From assembly GCA_037447605.1 (NCBI GenBank), contig JBBHKD010000056.1, forward strand, positions 1-7,139: 7,139 nucleotides of DNA, given 5' to 3'. Below the pieces are notes generated by a model that did not search any database, was not told the DNA's origin, and was given only the letters and a program-made list of their open reading frames with translations. The translations under genes and the position numbers were made by a program. Every line of letters begins with the position of its first letter. Within the stretch, counting starts at the first letter, position 1. This DNA comes from Zygnema circumcarinatum SAG 698-1b (taxonomy: Eukaryota > Plantae > Zygnematophyceae). Below are positions 1 to 6,087 of the stretch, in pieces.

Positions 1-93
1 ATAAGAAAAAGAGATAAAAACAATTTAAAGGCAAGGCAAAGTCAAACCGTTCGCAACATGCGCGTATGTAAAGCAAATAGTGGCAGACAAGGG

Positions 94-293
94 CCCCCTC
101 CCTCCCCTCCCCCTCCCCCCTCCCTCCCCTCCTTACCGAGTGCGTCGCCCTCCAAGCTGCTCCCCTGTCACTCCTCACTTCGACTCTCCCCTCCGATCGC
201 CTCTCTCTTTCTCTCTCCGCTCGCCTCTCTCTCTCTCACTCTCTCTCTCTCTCTCTTTCTCTCGCTCTCTCCCTCCCTCCCTCCCCCGCCGCC
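94..293 (+). repeat. Pyrimidine-rich low-complexity tract: (CCCT)n-like runs plus a (CT)n microsatellite
   Basis: 94-134 is pure C/T. About 200-270 is imperfect (CT)n, followed by CCCT repeats. This explains the Pro/Ser/Leu-rich ORFs at 58-498, 80-418 and 168-395. Confidence 0.95.
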
Positions 294-492
294 AGCCTTT
301 ATGCCCTCAGCCCCCGGGAGGCGGCTCGACGGCGACGCGGCTCGACGCGTTGGACACGGAAATCGTTTGGACCGACGCGGGGAAAAGGTCGGCAACCGCG
401 GCTGCAGCTTCGAGGTAGCTTACCGAAAACGACAAATGATGGAAATGCGGGGTTATGATAACTGTACAAACATCGCCTTCGACAAATTAAAC

Positions 493-673
493 GGGTAGTG
501 TTATTTCCATCCCTTTTTTGGATCAAAACACCCCTTCCCGGCCGGGCAGATTTCAAAAAGGATTAAAAACGGAAAGTGCTTTTTTCACACCTTTCTGGAA
601 TCGATACCCACCTTCTTCCGTCGGCAGATTTTATTTTTGCTAACCAAGGAAAATGACACCCCGTCACCCCATT
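493..673 (+). repeat. Repeat unit H, copy 1 (181 bp, GGGTAGTG...GTCACCCCATT)
   Basis: Ungapped manual alignment to the reverse complement of 1612-1792 gives 8 mismatches in 181 bp (~96%). The first 117 bp match 720-836 with 9 mismatches. Confidence 0.95.
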
Positions 674-719
674 TTGAATATCCCGCCTCCCTGAATTATT
701 TTTTTGAGGGAAAGAAATA

Positions 720-836
720 GGGTAGTGATATTTCCACCCCTTTTTTGGATCCAAACACCCCTTCCCGGCCGGGCAGATTTCAGAAGGGATTAAAAACAGA
801 AAATGCTTTTTTCACACCTTTTTGGAATCGATACCT
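720..836 (+). repeat. Repeat unit H, copy 2 (direct; truncated by an N gap)
   Basis: Starts GGGTAGTGATATTTCC, 227 bp after copy 1. It has 9/117 mismatches to copy 1 and 10/117 to the inverted copy, so it is a distinct copy and not an assembly duplicate. Confidence 0.93.
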
Positions 837-846
837 NNNNNNNNNN
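837..846. other. Assembly gap (10 N placeholder)
   Basis: Run of 10 N, the same length as the other three gaps, which suggests a placeholder of unknown size. Confidence 0.99.
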
Positions 847-848
847 TA

Positions 849-1266
849 TCAATTGCAGCTGTCGATTCCTTCGAAGATCGCACCACGGCAGATCACCGTT
901 CGATCTGCAGCCGCACTTGTTCCCAGCGAATGGCAAGCGCCCACGACTTTGGCCAAAGCCGGCTCTCGCTCGTGCGAGTGCGCGCGTCCCTCGGCCCGAG
1001 ATCTCGACATTGTCAGCTGCCAGCCAATCAACATCTGCCACGTGTTATATTTTGACTTAGCAAATTTTGATTGGTCCAATCTCTCACTGTACAAAATATT
1101 GCTTTCTTCGAAGCTGCGACCGTACGAAATTTGTACGGAACCACTTTTGAGACGACTTTGGCGGGATACGTGGGCACGTGCATTCGCTGGGACCTAGCCC
1201 GGCCTTCAGATTTCAATGGTGATTTGCTGTGTTCCGATCTGCGAGGGAATCGACGGCTGCGATTGA
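849..1266. repeat. Degenerate foldback (long imperfect palindrome)
   Basis: 849-900 matches the reverse complement of 1215-1266 at 43/52. Similarity continues inward (exact TCCCAGCGAATG, GCCCACG, GCCAAAG) to about 968/1149. The innermost arms, 1024-1043 vs 1055-1074, match 16/20. Confidence 0.88.
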
Positions 1267-1321
1267 CTACACGTGTACCTTCGAACGATCTCGTGGCGGA
1301 CGGAGCTTCCGCTTCTTAATA

Positions 1322-1610
1322 GGGGGTCTCAGACTTAAAAAACGATTACCAATTACCAAGCTGTACGATTACCAAGTTTNNNNNNNNNNACCACCGTTTT
1401 GGGTGGTGATAAGTTTCTGGTGATAGGCTGTACGATTACCAAGTCCTGGGGCGCCCATGACCAATTTCGGACTTGTACGATTACCAGCGTTGACTTGCAT
1501 TTGGTTCGGCACAGGTTCGGCAAAGTAATCATTATTACCAATTTCTCTATCCCCGATTACCAATTACCAAGCTGTACGATTACCAAGTTTTGTTTAAGTC
1601 TGAGACCCCC
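1322..1610. mobile_element. MITE A: TIR GGGGGTCTCAGACTTAAA, flanked by TA on both sides
   Basis: 1320-1339 TAGGGGGTCTCAGACTTAAA is the exact reverse complement of 1593-1612. The interior has repeated GATTACCA / GTACGATTACC motifs and no coding capacity. It contains the N gap at 1380-1389, so the true length is unknown. Confidence 0.85.
1380..1389. other. Assembly gap (10 N placeholder)
   Basis: Run of 10 N inside MITE A. Confidence 0.99.
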
Positions 1611-1611
1611 T

Positions 1612-1792
1612 AATGGGGTGACGGGGTATCATTTTCCTTGGTTAGCAAAAATAAAATCTGCCGACGGAAGAAGGTGGGTATCGATTCCAAAAAGGAGTAA
1701 AAAATGCACTTTCCGTTTTTAATCCCTTTTGAAATCTGCCCGGCCGGGAAGGGGTGTTTTGATCCAAAAAAGAGGTGGAAATAACACTACCC
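1612..1792 (-). repeat. Repeat unit H, copy 3 (inverted)
   Basis: Reverse complement of 493-673 at ~96%; ends ...CACTACCC. Confidence 0.95.
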
Positions 1793-1822
1793 AAAAAATA
1801 AAATAAATAAATAAAAATAAAA
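1793..1822 (+). repeat. A-rich (AAAT)n-like spacer
   Basis: AAAAAATAAAATAAATAAATAAAAATAAAA lies between the unit H end and the next G-run terminus; the duplicate starts at 3144. Confidence 0.85.
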
Positions 1823-1825
1823 TTA

Positions 1826-1840
1826 GGGGGGTTTACTGTA
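1826..1840 (+). mobile_element. Orphan G-run terminus B (GGGGGGTTTACTGTA); duplicate at 3177-3191
   Basis: ATTAGGGGGGTTTACTGTA (1822-1840) matches ATTAGGGGGGCGTACTGTA (5442-5460) at 17/19. No perfect inverted partner was found. Confidence 0.5.
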
Positions 1841-2543
1841 GTGTAATATGCCGACCGGCCGTACGGTCCTCCGGTCAACCAAAGACGCTTCGTGACCGAC
1901 GCGCTTTGGAAATCAATTGACCGTACGATGTGTACGAACTTCAAAGAGTCCAAAACAGTAGCGTATCGTTTTGTCCAGGATAGGGAGCCGAGAATCTTTA
2001 TGCGCATACCCGAAGTAATTTCTGAACCAATCAGAAGTGGCTATTTCGGCCAGGGGCAGCCCCCTAGGAGAATTGACCGGAAAATTTGTGGAAGGGCAAG
2101 ACCGGGCGGGCGACTTTGTCGTTTTTGGATTTATGGTTGTCGTTTGGAGCGCATAGAGTTCCTAGTTCTGTGGATGTGACGTCACTACTGAGGGAGCGTC
2201 GTGCGCGACGACGTGCCACGTTGGCTCCACGTAGGCGTGGCAACCACGTCGGTGAAACGCAACCTCATGGGGTCCGGCTATCGATCCGTATGTATCTTAT
2301 TAGGTCCTCTGCGACCAGTCCCTCGTGGTTCCACATCATGCTTTTGTCCATGTACATTTGATGGCCTAGCCATCGTGAGTTCAATGAAATTTCCCCTTCT
2401 TCCTGTATAATACCCCGTATTATACGTGCGTATATATTTTACCACATTTTAAAATACAGTGTACTTTACATGTATTGAGCGTCTTTTCTTCGTTTTCTTG
2501 CTAGTTAGACAGAGATTGATTATAATAATTGAAGCTTCAAGCC

Positions 2544-2553
2544 NNNNNNNNNN
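2544..2553. other. Assembly gap (10 N placeholder; apparently zero true length)
   Basis: Flanked by GCC on both sides; the duplicate copy reads through as ...CAAGCCGTAAGG (3889-3900). Confidence 0.97.
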
Positions 2554-2991
2554 GCCGTAAGGCAGCTCTAGGACACCTTATACTAGTCTCAAAATAGTTG
2601 TATTGAAAAATAGGTCTACAAGAGCAGTTTCAAGGGGGACGGTGATGATGGGACGTGTGGTAGTGCTGCTACCTACAGCGGTGAAGGCATCATGAGAAGG
2701 ACAAGAGAAGAAGAGTTACAACAACATGACGATGAAAACTATGCACACAACAAAAAAAGCCACAACTTTCTTCTTCTTTTACTATTGATAATAATCACAC
2801 CCAAAAAAGACAAGTGAATAGTTTGTCTCATTGATGATGGTATAATTATCAATAGTAGAAGAGCCCACCAATGATGAGATAAAAGACTAAGTTGCATATT
2901 ACAAGAAGAGACAAACGTTAGAGGAGGTCGTTCAGATCAATCTGGTCAAGAATGTCACCATCAACGCCAGCACCCAAGTTGTCCCGACGAG

Positions 2992-3001
2992 NNNNNNNNN
3001 N
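2992..3001. other. Assembly gap (10 N) at the duplication junction
   Basis: Separates the two identical 1.33-kb copies. Confidence 0.99.
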
Positions 3002-4329
3002 ATAAAATCTGCCGACGGAAGAAGGTGGGTATCGATTCCAAAAAGGAGTAAAAAATGCACTTTCCGTTTTTAATCCCTTTTGAAATCTGCCCGGCCGGGA
3101 AGGGGTGTTTTGATCCAAAAAAGAGGTGGAAATAACACTACCCAAAAAATAAAATAAATAAATAAAAATAAAATTAGGGGGGTTTACTGTAGTGTAATAT
3201 GCCGACCGGCCGTACGGTCCTCCGGTCAACCAAAGACGCTTCGTGACCGACGCGCTTTGGAAATCAATTGACCGTACGATGTGTACGAACTTCAAAGAGT
3301 CCAAAACAGTAGCGTATCGTTTTGTCCAGGATAGGGAGCCGAGAATCTTTATGCGCATACCCGAAGTAATTTCTGAACCAATCAGAAGTGGCTATTTCGG
3401 CCAGGGGCAGCCCCCTAGGAGAATTGACCGGAAAATTTGTGGAAGGGCAAGACCGGGCGGGCGACTTTGTCGTTTTTGGATTTATGGTTGTCGTTTGGAG
3501 CGCATAGAGTTCCTAGTTCTGTGGATGTGACGTCACTACTGAGGGAGCGTCGTGCGCGACGACGTGCCACGTTGGCTCCACGTAGGCGTGGCAACCACGT
3601 CGGTGAAACGCAACCTCATGGGGTCCGGCTATCGATCCGTATGTATCTTATTAGGTCCTCTGCGACCAGTCCCTCGTGGTTCCACATCATGCTTTTGTCC
3701 ATGTACATTTGATGGCCTAGCCATCGTGAGTTCAATGAAATTTCCCCTTCTTCCTGTATAATACCCCGTATTATACGTGCGTATATATTTTACCACATTT
3801 TAAAATACAGTGTACTTTACATGTATTGAGCGTCTTTTCTTCGTTTTCTTGCTAGTTAGACAGAGATTGATTATAATAATTGAAGCTTCAAGCCGTAAGG
3901 CAGCTCTAGGACACCTTATACTAGTCTCAAAATAGTTGTATTGAAAAATAGGTCTACAAGAGCAGTTTCAAGGGGGACGGTGATGATGGGACGTGTGGTA
4001 GTGCTGCTACCTACAGCGGTGAAGGCATCATGAGAAGGACAAGAGAAGAAGAGTTACAACAACATGACGATGAAAACTATGCACACAACAAAAAAAGCCA
4101 CAACTTTCTTCTTCTTTTACTATTGATAATAATCACACCCAAAAAAGACAAGTGAATAGTTTGTCTCATTGATGATGGTATAATTATCAATAGTAGAAGA
4201 GCCCACCAATGATGAGATAAAAGACTAAGTTGCATATTACAAGAAGAGACAAACGTTAGAGGAGGTCGTTCAGATCAATCTGGTCAAGAATGTCACCATC
4301 AACGCCAGCACCCAAGTTGTCCCGACGAG
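3002..4329 (+). repeat. Tandem duplication copy 2 (1328 bp, ungapped)
   Basis: Begins immediately after the N gap. The three + strand ORFs duplicated in the ORF track translate identically. It includes a partial inverted unit H at 3002-3143. Confidence 0.93.
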
Positions 4330-4351
4330 GGCATGAGGTTTGGATCGTTGG

Positions 4352-4385
4352 AGTTTTGCTTAAGTCCGTATTAGTACTGTACCCC
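4352..4385 (-). mobile_element. Degenerate MITE A-family right terminus
   Basis: AGTTTTGCTTAAGTC (4352-4366) matches AGTTTTGTTTAAGTC (1586-1600) at 14/15, followed by ...ACCCC|TAAT like ...ACCCCC|TAAT at the end of MITE A, with extra bases between. Confidence 0.5.
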
Positions 4386-4423
4386 TAATACATTAACACT
4401 GACGAAGTGATTTCCTCCCATTA

Positions 4424-4979
4424 GGGCGTGTCAGACTTAACAAAATGTTACGAATATCTAGTCTTTATTAATAAGAGAATCGAGGTTACTAAGTACTAAA
4501 AATCGCCGGCGCCCGAACCTAAACGAACCGAACGAAAGTCCAACTGTGCTGAAGTCAACGGGTCAACGTTGCGAAGATTGACCCGTGGGGTTTCTTGAAG
4601 TGCATTTCTAGCCATGCGATTTTGTTACGCACCCGAAGGCGAGAAATGGGCGTCGCGAAGAAAATCTTGGCGAAATGGCGTCAGCATTGGCGTCATGGTT
4701 GTTTCAGAAGAAGAAGCTTCCCGCCCAGCGCCCAGCATCTCCCGCCCGTGAGCAGCGCAACACGACTACACAGCAGCGGTCTCCAGCGCGTATTCAGTTA
4801 AGTTTGAGGCCCGCGAGATTCGCGAAAGGCAGCGTTTGGAAGTCGCGAGAGCGGCGTCAGCGGAGTGCGAGCAGGACGCGCGAAGTGCGAAACTACGCTC
4901 GAAAATTTTAGTTTCGCAGCGTTGACCGAAATATTCACGAATATCGAGTTTTAGGTAATGCGAGAATTTTTTGAAGCCC
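4424..4979. mobile_element. Diverged MITE A-family element C (right end uncertain)
   Basis: The left end TTAGGGCGTGTCAGACTTAACAAAA differs from the MITE A right end (reverse complement) by 2 substitutions and 1 indel. The CCGAACC...CGAACC...AAGTC motif lies 89 bp inside, vs 90 bp in MITE A. The candidate right end GCCC|TAAT (4976-4983) matches only 7 bp. An internal inverted pair, 4561-4575 vs 4913-4927, matches 14/15. Confidence 0.55.
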
Positions 4980-5013
4980 TAATGTTACCGAAGATATCAA
5001 TTTTTTAGTATTG

Positions 5014-5038
5014 GGGGGAGTCGAACCACGATCATCGC
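5014..5038 (+). mobile_element. Degenerate copy of the MITE E terminal repeat
   Basis: GGGGGAGTCGAACCACGATCATCGC matches GGGGGAGTCAGACCTTGACCATCGC at 20/25, with similar upstream GTATT context. Confidence 0.65.
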
Positions 5039-5213
5039 CGGCGGAATTGAAGATTTCGCCATCGAAAAGAATATTGATTTCCGATTGCAGGGAATTCGGG
5101 GTCGGAAACCGCGGCTCCCCCCGAACCTGTCTGTCCCATCCGTACTTCGAAATAGGTTACAAAAATGAGATACAGGCTCGGCGCCCGAGCCTGTCGAACG
5201 TTATAGTGTATTA

Positions 5214-5394
5214 GGGGGAGTCAGACCTTGACCATCGCTTACGAAATTCCCAAATTCCTTACACTAAAAGTCAGATCTTTCGTGTACGAATTCCGGATCG
5301 GGATCCGTGCCTCCGCCGTACCCAGCCGTACCGAAATGCGTACCTAGCCAATGCTACAAAATTGATTTGGCGATGGTCAAGGTCTGACTCCCCC
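5214..5394. mobile_element. MITE E: 181 bp with perfect 25-bp TIRs
   Basis: 5214-5238 GGGGGAGTCAGACCTTGACCATCGC is the exact reverse complement of 5370-5394. The flanks are TTA and AAA, so there is no exact TSD. Confidence 0.88.
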
Positions 5395-5445
5395 AAATCT
5401 GGGCGAATTTCTTGGCTAGCGGAAATGCTTTGAATGAAAATATTA

Positions 5446-5460
5446 GGGGGGCGTACTGTA
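5446..5460 (+). mobile_element. Orphan G-run terminus F (related to B)
   Basis: TATTA|GGGGGGCGTACTGTA; 17/19 match to 1822-1840; followed by GTAC-rich sequence. Confidence 0.5.
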
Positions 5461-5698
5461 ACCGTTTCTGTGCCGTACAACTTGATTCGGTACCTGCCGT
5501 ACATATTCGTACATTCCAGCAGCATTTTACACAGTACGAAAAGCGTACGAAGATCCAATCATAATAGCAATGATTGCAGAGATCCACAAAAAGACAAAAG
5601 TCCAACCTCCGTGGTCCTGCGGCCAATCCGGCTTCGCCTCCGTGGAGCGTAGGCCGTAACAAACCGTAAAACCGCCAACGACACGAAACGGTCACATG

Positions 5699-5707
5699 AA
5701 ACCCTAA
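5699..5707 (+). promoter_or_regulatory. Telo-box motif AAACCCTAA
   Basis: Exact motif match only; function is not shown. A second copy lies on the minus strand at 5954-5962. Confidence 0.3.
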
Positions 5708-5843
5708 AGCGATAAAGTACAGCCTCCTGTACGGCATCTCCGCCCGTGTGATTTGTCGCTCGACCCCGACGTGGCACATGCCTATTAAGGGACATTAAGG
5801 TTGACGCGGCACGGAAGGGTCTGAAGATTCGTTCAAGTTTACG

Positions 5844-6003
5844 GGTTTTAGGGTTCGGGTTTTGGAAGGGTTGACTAAAGGCTAGTGGTAAATGAAAAGT
5901 TAGGGTTCAGGGCCCTGGAGGGGGCTGTGGTGCCAGGGAGACGAGTAGAGTTTTTAGGGTTTAAGGATCTGAGGGTCTGAGATGTTAAGGGTGATATTTA
6001 GGA
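5844..6003 (+). repeat. Scattered degenerate telomere-like (TTTAGGG) motifs
   Basis: TTTAGGG at 5847-5853 and 5953-5959, TTAGGG at 5900-5905, plus variants such as TTCGGG, TTCAGGG, TTAAGGG and TTTAGGA. They do not form a tandem array. Confidence 0.55.
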
Positions 6004-6087
6004 TGTTTGGAGAGAGGTTGGAAAGGAGGAAGGAAATGTGAGTAGAGAAAATGGAGCTGCAGAGGTTCTATAAGGCCAGGGGGTGCT

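Larger units (their letters stand above)
493..1792. mobile_element. Candidate non-autonomous long-TIR element (Mutator/foldback-like); left end at 493 or 720
   Basis: ~180-bp inverted repeats with outer GGG...CCC ends and a non-coding, largely palindromic interior. Long TIRs starting with G are typical of MULEs. There is no clean TSD for the 493 end; AAGAAATA (712-719) vs AAAAAATA (1793-1800) is a 7/8 match for the 720 end, in A-rich context. Confidence 0.5.
1651..2991 (+). repeat. Tandem duplication copy 1 (probable assembly artefact)
   Basis: Matches 3002-4329 with no difference seen on manual reading (offset 1351 before the 2544-2553 gap, 1338 after it). The copy ends exactly at the gap 2992-3001. 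Confidence 0.93.

Noticed and set aside
58-556. ORFs 58-498, 80-418, 168-395 and 299-556
   Set aside because: They are largely translations of the CT tract (Pro/Ser/Leu or Arg/Glu runs) with no recognisable domain.
1343-1590. GATTACCA repeats as a CRISPR-like or iteron array
   Set aside because: Spacing and unit length are irregular, they sit inside a TIR pair, and there are no cas or rep genes in a eukaryote-like context.
1612-1822. Unit H plus A-rich tract as a SINE with a poly(A) tail
   Set aside because: The other two H copies lack the corresponding T-rich flank, and no convincing Pol III A/B boxes are present.
563-2007. ORFs across unit H, the foldback and MITE A
   Set aside because: They lie in non-coding repeats, several run through N gaps, and none shows a transposase DDE motif.
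2620-2991. Decayed coding sequence in the A-rich segment (duplicated at 3958-4329)
   Set aside because: Short open stretches such as MRRTREEELQQHDDENY have no recognisable homology, and stops occur in all frames.
1892-3761. Three overlapping + strand ORFs, each present twice
   Set aside because: They are short, open in all three frames without similarity to known proteins, and duplicated only because of the probable assembly duplication.
1651-4329. The two 1.33-kb direct repeats as LTRs or a solo-LTR pair
   Set aside because: The copies abut at a gap with no internal region, lack TG...CA ends, and show no PBS or PPT; boundaries coincide with the gap.
5172-5210. Helitron 3' end
   Set aside because: A hairpin is present but no CTRR terminus follows at the expected distance.
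4595-5795. ORFs between 4595 and 5795 on both strands
   Set aside because: They cross element boundaries freely, are Arg/Ser-rich as expected for CpG-rich non-coding DNA, and contain no recognisable domain.
5844-6003. True telomere or interstitial telomeric array
   Set aside because: Only two perfect TTTAGGG units, not in tandem.
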